Source of the DNA: Chiloscyllium plagiosum
Taxonomy: Eukaryota
Length of the DNA stretch: 64,000 nt
Direction of reading: 5' to 3'
NCBI RefSeq assembly: GCF_004010195.1
Contig: NC_057737.1
Span: 14,128,511-14,192,510 of the forward strand
Of this stretch, positions 38,073 through 50,860 are shown one piece after another (position 1 is the stretch's first letter; each line of letters starts with the position of its first letter). A program made the translations under genes and the position numbers. Below the pieces are notes generated by a model. It was not told where the DNA came from and searched no databases. It saw nothing but the letters and a program-made list of their open reading frames with translations.

Positions 38073-39480
38073 AATAACCAGAAATGGTAGGACAACACTT
38101 TAGTCTGATCCATTGTTTGTGGGATTGTTTAGCTATATCTATACCATGGGGCTTCAGTTGTTTACCACGTTTGCAGTCCGTTGTAGCTGCATCATGTTGG
38201 TAGCTCATATTTAAGAGCACCTGGTGCTGCTCTTGATGGGCTTTGCTATCATCTTAATTGAAACAGGATTAGCCTCATGGCTTGCAAATAGTAATGTTCG
38301 AGTCAGATATATGCCAGGCCATGAAGTTACAGATTCTGATGGAATAAAATTCTGCTGCTGTTGAAGCCACCATCATCTGAATGTGCAGTTTTAAAGTTGG
38401 TGGTGACTTTATGCTGATATGTTCCCATGATAACGTTAGGTTGCTAATTCCAAGATGTTGACCCTATCCACGTTTGGATGCTGAATGTAATGAATGAGAG
38501 ATGGCCTGACAAAAGGCAACAAAAACACAAATCTCTAGAGATTTAAAACAAAATGCTGAAAAAACACAGCTTTTCCAACAGTAAAGTAAAAAGCAGAGTT
38601 ACATTTTGACATAAGTCTTTGCTAGAATTGAAGACTGTAAGGAAGCTTGTCTAAAGACATTATGAACTTCCAAGATGAAAAATAGCTAAAATTTGTGAAA
38701 ACAAATGTACTTTCCAAAATTGAACAGGAAAGGATTCAAAATGAGATCCCCTTTTCTGGTGTACAATTAAGTTTTTTTTCATAGATCAAATTATCATTCC
38801 ATATAAGTTACTTGCCGAGCACTCAACACACGCCATCTCGTCTGCTACAGAGTAACAATCCAAATCTATCTGGCTTCGTACAGTGTAACTGTAAGGAAAC
38901 ATAGCGCATACCAACACCACTATCTCCACCTGGAGTAATTCACAATGCCAACCACTCAGTAAAGGTTACTTGTTACCACTGTGTATACATATAGTGTATA
39001 CTATAAATGTAACTACTTTTGTAACCAGAAAACAATTGGAATTATATTATTAAAAATATGGTTAAAGAACCGAAACTCGAAAGGTTTAAAAAAGAAAGGC
39101 CTAACAGAATAAAAGTGACAATGATCTATTAGTAAACCTTGTTACTAACTCAGGTTCCCAAACAGAAAAACTAATCCTTATTCACAATCAAAAACTCTTC
39201 ACAGTCATGAAAAAAAATCTTCCATTAAGTTTCCCCTTTGTCAAAGTCGCCCAAATGATTCGAATCTTGACTCAAATAATCTCGTTAACTCTGCCGGGAA
39301 GAACACTTAGGGTTCACAAACACAGCACTGAATCCCTCTTAATCGAGAGAAGAAAGAGACCTTTAGCAATCAGTTGTTGATGTAGGTGTGCCCTTTAACC
39401 CGGAGGAAGTCGTTGGTTGTGTACAGTTGTTGCCATAGAGAAGAGTTCAAATTGAAGGAAGTGAGTCAATGGGAAGAGCC

Positions 39481-39672
39481 ATGGCTGCTGAGGAAGGACA
39501 GAGGGGAAGAACAGCGGTTTACCCTCAGCCAGACTGTGGCTTCCACCGCTTCTACACCAAGCTCTCCACCATCAGGGCCTCGGACGACGAGAATTTTAAA
39601 ACCGAGGTCAACCTGGTGTTCGATCAGCTCATCTCGGAAAACTACCTCAACGATCCCAGCATCAGCCGCGAG
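39481..39672 (+). CDS. HEATR6: HEAT repeat-containing protein 6, exon 1 (alternative in-frame ATG at 39469)
   Basis: MAAEEG...FKTEVNLVFDQLISENY matches HEATR6 (TEIHLLFDQLISENY). GCCATGG Kozak context; donor GAG|GTAAGG. Confidence 0.9.
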
Positions 39673-39828
39673 GTAAGGAACAGGCGTGGGGGCAGAGCCC
39701 TGCTGCCTCTGGTCTGGGGTAAGTGACAGTCACTCCCAGCCACAGCCACCAAAATACAGTCATGTCGCAACCTCTTGCTGCAAATCGTTTCATCTGGGAA
39801 GCAACTGTTCAGATTTAGTTGTATAATG

Positions 39829-39940
39829 GTTCTTGTGGTGCGGTGGTAGTGTCCCTACCTGTGGACCGGGAGGCCCAGGTTCAAGGCCCGCCTGCTCCAG
39901 AGGTGTGAAGTAGTATTGCTCAACAGGTTGATTAGAAAAA
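39829..39940 (+). mobile_element. Short tRNA-derived SINE (other copies at about 6534, 22477 and 54695)
   Basis: A-box-like TGGTGCGGTGG and B-box-like GGTTCAAGGCC; shared tail CCAGAGGTGTG...AACAGGTTGATT. Confidence 0.65.
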
Positions 39941-39980
39941 TGGGTAATTTTTTAAAAAAAAAAGCATTGCCCCTCCCCTC

Positions 39981-40285
39981 TTCAGAGTAAGGGAGTCCAA
40001 AACTTGGTGGACCTAGGTTTAGGGTGAGAAGGGAAAAATTTAAAAGGGACAACCTTTTCACACAGAGGGTGGCACGTGTATGGAATGAGCTGTCAGAGGA
40101 AGTGGTGGAGGCTGGTACAATTACAATATTTAAAAGGCATCTGGATGGGTATATCAATGGGAAGGGTTTAGAGGGATATAGGCCAAATGCTGGAAGATGG
40201 GATGAGATTAAGTTAGGATATCTGATTGGCATGGAGGAATTGGACTGAAGGGTCTATTTCCATGCTATACATCTCTATAACTCTG
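39981..40285 (+). mobile_element. CR1-type LINE 3' end
   Basis: FTQRVARVWNELSEEVVEAGTITIFKRHLDGY, plus tail. Confidence 0.9.
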
Positions 40286-40797
40286 TCCTTCTGGTCTATT
40301 GGTTGGCATATTTAAAGGGGCACAATCTTGTAAACCTCCCCCATTTCAAACACAAGTTTTTCATCCCATTTCTTGCTGAACTCACTGCTCAAAACCTGGT
40401 CGAATCTGCCATACTTATTCACAGTTACTACTTATTTAAAAGAAATGCTTCATCTGTTGGAGAGCCCTTTGGAATATCTGGAGACACTATACAAATGCCA
40501 TTGTGTCTTTGACGGTGTGTGTTGTTAGAATGATTTGGATGTTGAGAAGGTGAATGCCACTTCATCATTATCCACTGTCTGCGAGTACACATGTTTTTAA
40601 ACAAGGTCTGCTTGATAATTATGAATGGATTGTTAAGGACCAGAACAAACCCCCTCAAAATATATTGAGAAGATAGCCCAAACCCTAACTTTTTCTTATT
40701 TTCAGTGTAAGTGTAAGAGTTTGCATTCCAGATGTAATTCAATTGGTCAAACTACTCGACTTTAAGCAAAACACACTTTATTGTTACACAACAGTTA

Positions 40798-41086
40798 CAC
40801 AATCCTTCATCTGAAATCCTTGGGGGCCAGTTGTTTTTCGGATTTTGGAATTTTTCAGATTTCAGAATGAATGACATTTTCACAGTGAAATAAAAAACAT
40901 ATTACCAAACAGCAGACCCACTTTTGACTAGTACAAGCTCTGAGACACAATTGACTCCTGCTGGTGATTTGAGTTGAGTAGGTGTGGAGCTGGGTCACAT
41001 TTTTGTATGCCAAAACAACCTTGTTATATAGAAAAGAACTTCATGAAAGACACTTCAGATTTCAGAATTTTACATAAAGGATTGTG
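40798..41086. mobile_element. Tc1/mariner (Tigger-like) MITE
   Basis: TA|CACAATCCTT...AAGGATTGTG|TA terminal inverted repeats; internal GATTTCAGAAT repeats. Confidence 0.75.
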
Positions 41087-41111
41087 TACTTAAAATAGAG
41101 ACGAAATAAAA

Positions 41112-42688
41112 ATAGAACATAGAACAATACAGCGCAGAACAGGCCCTTCGGCCCTCAATGTTGTACCGACCTGTGAAATATTTTAAGCTCATCCCCCTAC
41201 ACTATCTCATCATCATCCATGTGCTTATCCTAGGATTGTTTAAATCTCCCTAATGTGGCTGAGTTAACTACATTGGCAGGTAGGGCATTCCACCCCCCTA
41301 CCACTCTGAGTAAAGAACCTGCCTCTGACATCTCTCTTAAATCTATCACCCCTCAATTTGTAGCTATGCCCTCTCGTACCAGCTGACGTCATCATCCTAG
41401 GAAAAAGACTTTCACTGTCTACCCTATCTAATCCTCTGATCATCTTGTATGTCTCTATCAAATCCTCTCTTAGACTTCTTCTTTCTAATGAGAACAGACC
41501 CAAGTCTCTCAGCCTTTCCTCATAAGAGCTTCTCTCCAGACCATACAACATCCTGGTAAATCTCCTCTGCACCTTTTCAAATGCTTCCACATCCTTCCTG
41601 AAATGGTGCGAACAAAACTGTACACAATATTCCAAGTGCTGCCACACTAGTGTTTTGTATAATTGCAGCATGACGTTGCAGCTCCAGAACTCAATCCCTC
41701 TACCAATGAAACCTAACACACCATATGCCTTCTTAACAACACCAACCCTCTGCACATCCACACTACCAAGAATCTTTCCATTGACTCAGTATTCTGCCTT
41801 CCTGTTATTCTTCCCAAAGTGAATCACCTCACATTTAGCTGCATTGAACTCCATTTACCACCTCTCAGCCCAATTCTGCAGTTTATCCAAGTCCCCCTGC
41901 AAACTGCAATATTCTACCACACTGTCCACTACTCCACCAACTTTAGTGTCATGTACAATCTTACTAACCCATTTACCTATGCCTGCATCTAAATCATTTA
42001 TAAAAAATGACAAACAGCAATGGTCCCAAAACAGATCCTTGTGGCACACCACTAGTAACTGGACTCCAGGCTGAATATTTTCCATCAACCACCACTCACT
42101 GCCTTCTTTCAGAAAGCCAGTTTCTAATCCAAACTGCTAAATCGCCCTCAATCCCATGCCTCTGCATTTTCTCCAATAGCGTACCATGTGGAAGCTTATC
42201 AAAGGCTTTACTGAAGTCCATGTACACCAAGTCAAATGCCCTACCCTCATCTACATGCTGGGTCACCTCCTCAACAAATTCAATGAGGTTTGTGAGACAT
42301 GACCTGCACTTGACGAAAACATGTTGACTATCGGAAATCAAATTGTTGCTTGCTAGATGATTATAAATCCTATCTCTTAAAATCATTTCCAAAACCTTTC
42401 GTACAACAGAAGAAAGGCTCACTGGTATATAATTACCTGGGTCATATCTACTGCCCTTCTTGAACTAGGGCACAGCGTTTGCAATCCTCCAGTCCTGCGG
42501 TATTATACCTGTAGACAATGACAACTCAAATATCAAAGCCAAAGGCTCAGCTATCTCCTCCCTAGCTTCCCAGAGAATCCTCAGAAAATCCCATCTGACC
42601 CAGGTGACTTGTCTACTTTCACTCCTTCTAGAATTGATAACACCTCTTTGTAACTAACCTCGATCTTTTCTAGTCTAATATCTCGTAT
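41112..42688 (-). mobile_element. CR1-type LINE, RT and 3' end
   Basis: CLTNLIEF, LVYMDFSKAFDK, LQLYKTLV, GTRGHSYKL; tail TTCTATGTTCTAT. Confidence 0.9.
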
Positions 42689-45600
42689 AAGAATTGGTTT
42701 AACAGTAACTCTATTAAAATGCTTAACAAAATGATGTATGTTTTAACTATGACTAATTAACTGTTCCAATATAGTAACATTCCACAAACATTCCCTTGGC
42801 AAAGGCAAATTCAGTAAAATAGATTGTCTCACATGCAGCAGGAAGAGAGCCCCAGGTTTTAGCTGTAACAGAGAGATGGAGAAGAGTTTCTACATCCAGC
42901 CTCAGAACCCCAGCAGCTGCAGAAAGTTAAAACTAAAACTCCTGGTTCTGTGGGAGCTTGGCCCTACCCATTCAGACTACTTTTATTGATCCAACTTTAA
43001 AAAATAACCCCAAGGCCTCACAATCTGTTTACTTTATTGGCTTTGGTTGTCACCTCTGTCTCAATCTTTCTTCATTTTTAAAAAAAAGGATAAAATACAT
43101 CTTTTAAAGCCAAAGTATTGTCACATGGTTCCTTGGTAAATATTTATTCTGCTTTCCTGAACTCCCAAGATCACTTGTAGAGTCTGTACTACCAACCTCA
43201 CTGCAGTATAAATTGGAGATTAACCTTTTGGGTTCCTTGGTTGTGGTACAGTACTGCACTGTGTAGTACAAAGTAACTCACTGTTAATTTTTGTTTGCTC
43301 ACTTGGAAAACAACTGGCTGGATGGCCCAAGTCTTATGTCACACAGTGAAGCTTCTGTTCTTGTGCCAAAAGCATTGTCAACTTGACTGTGGTTCAGTCA
43401 ATGAAAGAAATGAAGAATGATAAAGTTGCACAATTTGTTTGAGGGCAGTCAGCACCAAGGAATTGTACCTCAGCATCTTTAAGGTTTTGTATGTAAGTGA
43501 TGAATTGTGGTGAGATGGATCGCCTGATCTTTTCTGTTCCTGCATAGATGTAGACTGTTGTATTTGTTGACATAACAAATTCAGTTTAACAACATAACAA
43601 TTACGTGGCGCTTTTAACCTACTAAATTGTCTCGCAGTACTGTGATTTGTTGGATATGAAGTGTTTCACATGCTTACAATATGCTTGCTTGTTCATCTCA
43701 GGAAATATGGGGACAAAATAGCAAGGAATCATCGTGACATGCATGATGTGTTGCATGTCTTATTCTCTTCTGTTATTAACTTCCTTAAAAGGTAATGTTG
43801 TACTAATGATTCTTAAAATGGATTTCAGTCATTTGGTTAGAAATGGGATTGAATGTTCTAGGGAGATAGATGAGTTAACCTTGGATGGATCAATAAGAGG
43901 CATGTACTGCAGAACAGCTATTATCTGGGGAAAATCTTAAACTTCTCATTCTGCTCACTGCCCTCAGATATACATAATGGGACGTAATAACAATGCAATT
44001 TGCAAGAAGTAATTTTGCCAGGTCCAATGAACTTGACCTATTCCCCACTTTGCGTCCTAAACTTCAAAATAATGGTATCCATTTAAATATGTTTCTAATT
44101 TAAACTGCACAGAAGAACTGATTATAAATATTCCAATATCTTCATTGATTTTTTTAAAAAAAGGAAGTTCTGTTGATTTGGCACCACGGAAAAACATTGC
44201 AGGAAATGTCCAATAATTTCTAACACTAAAGATTTGTATTCACGCAATAATTGTACAAAGCCTTTTGGTAAGCTTTGTGGAGTGGAACTGTTGTAATTAT
44301 GCATCTGTCTACAGGAGGACTTTCAAAAGAATGTGACTGGGAAAGAAGAACTGATTTTAGTTGGGCTGGATTGTTATGGAGCTGCAGCACTTTCCATTGA
44401 ATATCCACTTGATTATGTAGTTCTGACAGGCTTTTTTTTTCTAGTGTGCTATTTTGGTACATCTTGTATATTGTTTGCATTCAAGTTCTCCTTCTGGTTG
44501 TACATAGAAATGAGGGGAACACTTGCTTTGGAGGGCAGCCTGTGGCTGCCACATGACTTGTTGACCATGAGACTCTCTGCTCTTAGTGCCTGCTGTAAAT
44601 ATATTGAAAGTATTTGTGGATTGATAATCAACTACTTTGACTACACCATGAATACATCTTCCATGGATATCAAGTCCTGGAACTGGACTTGTACACAGAG
44701 CTACTGGCTTAGAGACAGGAACACTAACTACTGGGTTATAAGACTTGCGCATTTTAATATTCCCTGTTTCATGAACTATTGTCACAATCACATGACGTAC
44801 TTGGATAATTTCTGCTATTTAAAAGTGACTGCTGTCCTTCCAGCCTGAAACCAAGGTATGACTGAGGTATTCATTGGAAATCCTTGTGATCAATCTTGAA
44901 GCAGCCTTGCTTTTTGATTTTTTTTTTAAAAAAAACCATAACTCATTGATTGCTACCAGCTTGCAAGAGATACATGAGGAATCTCAAAATGGTGACAAAG
45001 GAGAAATGAAACTAGTTTCTCAAAGATAAAAAGGCTCTGAGATACCTTTTTATGTATAATGTAAACTATTAATCTGGCCCAGGAGAGGATGACTGCAGAA
45101 TTAACCATACCCCCTGAGGGAAAAAGGGATTTTATCACTGGTGTTCCAGCAGCTTGGTCAGTGTAAAGTGTAGTTTGTTTTATGAAAGCACTGCTTATGC
45201 AATATGAATCATTGGAAAATACTGCACGTCTACCCAAATCAGTCTCCCGATGAGACTGTCACTGTTAAGGATGGTATTTGTTCCCTACCTGTGACTGTGC
45301 TGGGAAAGTTTGAGACAACTGTGTAACTCTCAAGGTCACTGCAGAGGATAGTTAAGAGTTGCTTACACTTAAAGTACACATGTACCAGCCCAGGTGAGGA
45401 TGGACAGGTTTCCTTCCCTGCTAGAGATGAGAGAACCAGTTGGGTTTTAATGCCAATGCCAACTTTTACTGGCACTGAAATTTTGTTTTTAAATTTTTCA
45501 AACTCAATTCAAATTCTTGGACTCCCATTGCCTGGATTATTAGCCTGAGCCTCATGAAGATTAGTCCAGTAGAGGGACTGCTCAACAACCAAATACTGCA

Positions 45601-46567
45601 ATATCTGGTGCAGATAGATGTAAAGTACTACTTACGAGTATGTCAGAACTTCATTTGACTTTTCTCCAAATGCCAATCACTGCAGTTTTCCTGCATGTAT
45701 GATATCAGGACATAAGTTGTATGTTTTTCTTTTCCCTTCAGGTCAGTTGTTCCCACCCAACTGTGCTGCATTTTAGAGCCCACTATTATCTCCAAGAAGG
45801 GTGATGGGATGCTGGAGGTTACTAATAGAACGTGTGCTGCAGAGAAGCAGGGAAACTCAGTGGTTATCAACTGAGTCAATCATGAGGTTCTTAATAGAAG
45901 TAACAATTAACTCCTTGCAGATGTTGCCCTCCCCTCGCTCATTCTCATCAGTTTCTAGAGTCTTTAGGGGATTGTATGTTTTGCATAATCTGGTTGATGG
46001 CAGGTGTTGATGCCTGGATGCATTCCAGGAACACTCGGAAACCCACTGACATAGTTAGATTGCATAATATTGGAATACACACAATTAACAGGCTTGGTTG
46101 GTGTTTTTGTCGATTTAGGACAGAAGTGAAAACGTGATATTCCTGCTGCATGATATCCTTCTTGGATCTTCTTTCTACCTGACCATAGAGACCATTATCA
46201 CCTTTTTTATTGGTTGCAGTCCAGCACATCATTCACTGAAACATCTGAAACACTGTCAGATTTTATCAGAGTCTGATAGTCATTTTTTAACAGCACTCAC
46301 AGGATATAGGCATCGCTGGCAGGGCCAGTGTATTTTGCTGATTCCCTTTCCAAATTTCCTTTGAGAAGTTAGTGATAAGCTGTCCTCTTGAACTGCTGTA
46401 GTGTGTATGATTAAATAACTTACACAGACCTTATGAATGGTAGCTCCAAAATCATGATCCATCAGTGAAGGAAGTGACATGGTTCCAAGTCAGGATGGTG
46501 TTATTCCCATGCATCTACTGCATTTCTCCTTCTAGAAGGAAGAGATCATGTGTTTGCAAGGTGATGT

Positions 46568-47600
46568 CATAGAATCATAGCGTCCTAGAGCTGTACAGCA
46601 TGAAAACAGGCCCTTCGGTTCAACTTGTCCATGCCAACCAGATATTCTAAATAAATCTAGTCCCCTTTGCCAGCATTTGGCCCATATTCCTCCAAATCCT
46701 TCTTATTTGTATACCCATCCAGATGCCTTTTAAATATTGTAATTGTACTCGCCTGCATCACATCCTCTGGCAGCTCATTCCATACATGCACCACCCTCTG
46801 CATGAAAAAAAATTGCCCCTTTATAAATCTTTTCCCTCTCACATTACACCCATGCCTCTAATTTTGGACTTGCACACCCCAGGAAAAATACCTTGTCTGT
46901 TCACCCTGTCTGTGCCCTTCATGATTTTATAAACCTCTATAATGTCATCCCTCAGCCTCCAACACTCCAGGGAAAGGAGCCACAGCCTATTCAACCTCTC
47001 CGTACAGCTCAACCTCTCCAACCTTGGCAACATCCTTGTAAATCTTTTCTGAACCCTTTCAAGTTTCACAATATTCTTCCTGTCGTATTGCATGCAGTAT
47101 TCCAAATGTGGCCTAACCAATGTCCTGTAAAACCGCAACATGACCTCCCAACTCCTATACTCGATGCACTGACCAATAAAGGCAAGCATACCAAACGCCT
47201 TCTTCACTATCCTGACTATCCGTGACTCTACTTTCAAGGAATTATGAACGTGCACTCCAAGGTCTCATTGTTCAGCAACGCTTTGAATTAAATGTATAAG
47301 TCCTGCCCTGATTTGCCCTACCAAAATGCAGCATCTCACATTTATCCAAATTAAACTCCACCTGCCATTCCTTGGCCCATTGGCCCATCTGTTCAAGGTC
47401 TCATTTTACTCTGAGGTAACCTTTTTCGATGTCCACTACCCTGTCAATTTTGGTGTCATCTGCAAACTTACTAACCATACCTCCCATGTTCACATCCAAA
47501 TCATTTATGTAAATGCTAACAGCAGTGGACCCAGCACTGATCCTTGGAGCATACTGCAGGTCGTAGGCTTCCAGTCTGAAAAACAACCCACCACCACCAT
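46568..47600 (-). mobile_element. CR1-type LINE, RT and 3' end
   Basis: IYINDLD, SKFADDTK, LVRPHLEYC, VWNELPE. Confidence 0.9.
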
Positions 47601-48637
47601 CGAGCAAATCTTAAACAAGTTGCTGTGGTTAACCGTGTACATAGTAGATGCTAGAAACACTGTGCATTAGTGGGGAGAGAATTCCTGTGAAGATAGTAGA
47701 TGGGGTGCCAATCATGTGGGCTGCTTTGTCTTGAAACTCTTGGGCTTCTTAAGTGTTGCAGGTGTTACGCTCATCTAGGTAAGAGGCGAGTAGTCTATAA
47801 CACTCTTGACATGTACCTTGTAATTGGTGAAAAGGCTTTGGAGAATCAGGTAGCAAGTTATTCACTGCAGAATTTCCAGTAAGGCTCGTGTACAGTGGGA
47901 ACTCCGAGACTGTTGGTGGTGCATGATGGTAGTACAATTGAATATCAAGGACAAGTGGTTAGACTGTCACTTTTAGGAGATAGTATGAGTTTCATCTTTG
48001 AGCTATAACTTCAGTACTGCATGATAATATAACCAATTCCAAATGGTTATAAGACTAATTGCCTACACTACTGAATAATTGTTTAACTCTGATTTTTAGG
48101 TATCCATATTTACCATATTCTAATCCCAAATGGCTTTAAGGATGGCTACAGACATTGCCCAGTAGTCTCTACTCTCTGTGTGGCATAAATTAGCTTTAAA
48201 ATTAGGTCATCATGAGGTGGATTATCATACCCAGTCATTATGTCTATAAGAACTTTGTACTAATTTGTACTGTCCTCATATATTACCTAACAGGAAGCCT
48301 TATTTTAAATTTTATCAAGTCAGACTTATATAGTTTATCATATTGTCTCATGCTTGCCAGTTTACAAAATTAGTTTGGCATACAGGGGCAAAAACAAGAT
48401 CTCATTCTATGGAGAATAACAGCTGGTATTTGTGTATAATTAGTATAATATATGCCTTTTGCGAATGTATTTTCAAACAAAAAAGAAACTTTTCCGGATT
48501 GTAGTTTCTCCATGTCAGTTGCAGTTAATTATTACCAATTAAGGACGGAGCAGCAAACCTGACTTATTTTACTTGGCATTCCTTGATCTTCTTTCGTGAC
48601 TACAGATGTGGACAATTTTGATTTTTAAGGGTTTCAA

Positions 48638-49605
48638 ACAGTTCATAATATTAGCAGGATAGGTATTAAAATTGAACTCACAATTGCACCCCCTACCCCT
48701 TTATGCTGCCTGTGCTGTTCTGCTGTTCCCTGACCATGCCTTCAATTTCTGGTCTTTCCGTTGCCATTCTTTTCCTTTAGCTGTCGGCGATATCTTTTTT
48801 TTCTAGAGTCCTGATTAACAGATGGTGGCAAACTGGGTGATTCCGAGTCAGCAGCTGATTCAAAGCTTCTTAAGTTTGCTCCAATGCACAACAGCACTGA
48901 GATTTTACTGTGCAGCCTGTGTGATATTATCAAAATATCTGTGAAATTTTACAGATAAACCATTTTAGTTTATTCTTGCTCATCGTCCTTTTTACATCCT
49001 TTAAGAACATCGCACTTAATGATTCAAAAATCTATTTAAATAATTTTAGTATCTAGCCTTCACAACTCTATGGAGTGGAGAATTCAAGACGTTCAGTACT
49101 ACCTGAGAAAAGGGATTCTTTCCATCTCAGTTTTAAATGAGAGTCACAGAATAAGTGGCAATGTCCCCTTTCGAGATTCCCCCACTAGAGGAAACTGCTT
49201 CTCAACATCCAGCCTGTCAAGCCTCCTCAGAATCTTGTAGATTTCGACAAAGGTATCTCCTCATATCTCTAAACTCTCATGATTAATAGCCTAAACTATT
49301 TAGTCACTCTCCATAAAATCCCAGGAATCTGCCCAATGAATCTCTTTTGAATCCCAGTCAGTGCTAATTTATTCTTTCTCAGATGTGGGGATCAAAGCTG
49401 AGGACAGTACAGTCCATAATATTAGCAGGATAAGCATTAAAATTGAACTCATTTTTGCACCCCCTGTCCCTTTGTGCTGCCTGTGATGTCCTGCTGTTCC
49501 CTGACCATGCCTTCAATTTCTGGTCTTTCTGTTGCCATTCTTTTCCTTTAGCTATCGGCGATTATCTTTCTTCTAGAGTCCTGATTAACAGATGGTGGCA
49601 AACTG
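48638..49605 (+). repeat. Dispersed direct duplication of about 197 bp (48638-48835 and 49409-49605) bracketing an old CR1 piece
   Basis: Shared CATAATATTAGCAGGAT...CCTGACCATGCCTTCAATTTCTGGTC...GATTAACAGATGGTGGCAAACTG. Confidence 0.9.
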
Positions 49606-50249
49606 TGCAATCACCCAGAGTGTGGGTCCGGTTAAAGCCGTTTCAGATATCCGCAGTTTATCATGGCCTGACCATATTATAGAGAACGTTCCAGAACCAG
49701 GGGCCAGGGGCTGCTGGGAAGGTAAATTTCCCATTTAAATGAATGGGTTCGCATCTATCCACAGTTTTGGGCTTTCGCAGTGAGTCTTGGAAAGTATCCC
49801 CTGTGGGTATGGAGGGGACTACTGTACTTCAGGTGCTGCCTCACCACACTATGTATGATGTAGCCTGGAAAAATACATTGTTAATGGTCAAATACATGAA
49901 ACTGACCATCAGCAATCTTCAGCATGCTTTACATAAAAGAGGATTAAGGCTATTACAGTCCAAGTAAAGCTACCTATCTTGGATTTTTCTTTTAGCTGTT
50001 TCTATCCTGTAATGATTGCAGGAATGGCTTAATTTGTTTTTGGGAAAGGTATTTCATTTTCACTTTGTTGGTATGTGTGCAGTTTTAAAAAGAAACATTT
50101 TTGTTTTAACATTGTGCTTTTTTTCATGTCCTATACTTTCCACGTAGAGAATGTGCATTGGAAACCAATTTGTGGGCATTAGCCAAAATCATGATGTATC
50201 CTGTGGTCTGTATTCAGCATCTTCTGCATAAATGTCCATCAATGATTAG

Positions 50250-50860
50250 ATCTTTTGTGGGAGCCTTACAGAGGTATCACAGATACCAGTCTTCAGCCAA
50301 TTCATTTAATTCTGAGTGATATCAAGAAATTGTTGAAGGCACGGTTACTGCAAAGGCAATAGGTCCTGACAACATTTTGCAATAGCACAGAAGACTTGTG
50401 CTGCAGAACTTGCCACATCCCTAACCAAGCTGTTTCAGTACAGGTACCCTACACTGGCACCGACCTGACAATGTGGAATGTTGCCCCAGTGTGTCTATAC
50501 ACAAAAAGCAGGACAAATCCAACCATTCAATCAGTCTAGCCTCAATCATCATTAACATGATGGAAGGTACCATCAGCAGTGTTATCAAAGTGCTATCAAA
50601 CAGCACCTGCTTAACACTAACCTGCTTACTGATGCTCAATGCATGTCACACAAAAGAAAGGTAATGATCATCTTCTTAAGAAACAACCTTCCTTCACTGT
50701 TGCTGGGTCAAATTTATGGAACTCTCGACCTAATATTATTGTGGGTCTACTGCAGTGGTTCAAGAAGGCAGCTCAGCACCACCTTCACAAAGACAAGTAG
50801 AGGTAGGCAGTAAATGCTGGTTGAGCCAGCAACACCCAAGTTGTATGAGTGAATTAAAAA
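50250..50860 (+). mobile_element. Decayed L2/CR1-group LINE fragments
   Basis: GPDNI...KTCAAELATSLTKLFQY and HKKQDKSN; same family as 7820-9195. Confidence 0.65.

Larger units (their letters stand above)
40631..43125 (-). mobile_element. Probable solo LTR split by a nested MITE and a CR1
   Basis: TGT...ACA termini; flanks TGGAT (40626-40630) and TGGTT (43126-43130) form a near-perfect 5-bp TSD; minus-strand AATAAA near 40777. Confidence 0.55.

Noticed and set aside
44333-44848. 171-aa ORF
   Set aside because: Non-ATG start, overlaps old repeat sequence, no domain motif.
45740-46270. Possible cryptic exon or antisense coding relic in HEATR6 intron 1
   Set aside because: An acceptor-like site exists at 45740, but the HEATR6 frame stops after 20 codons, no homology is recognisable, and exons 1 and 2 already join in phase.
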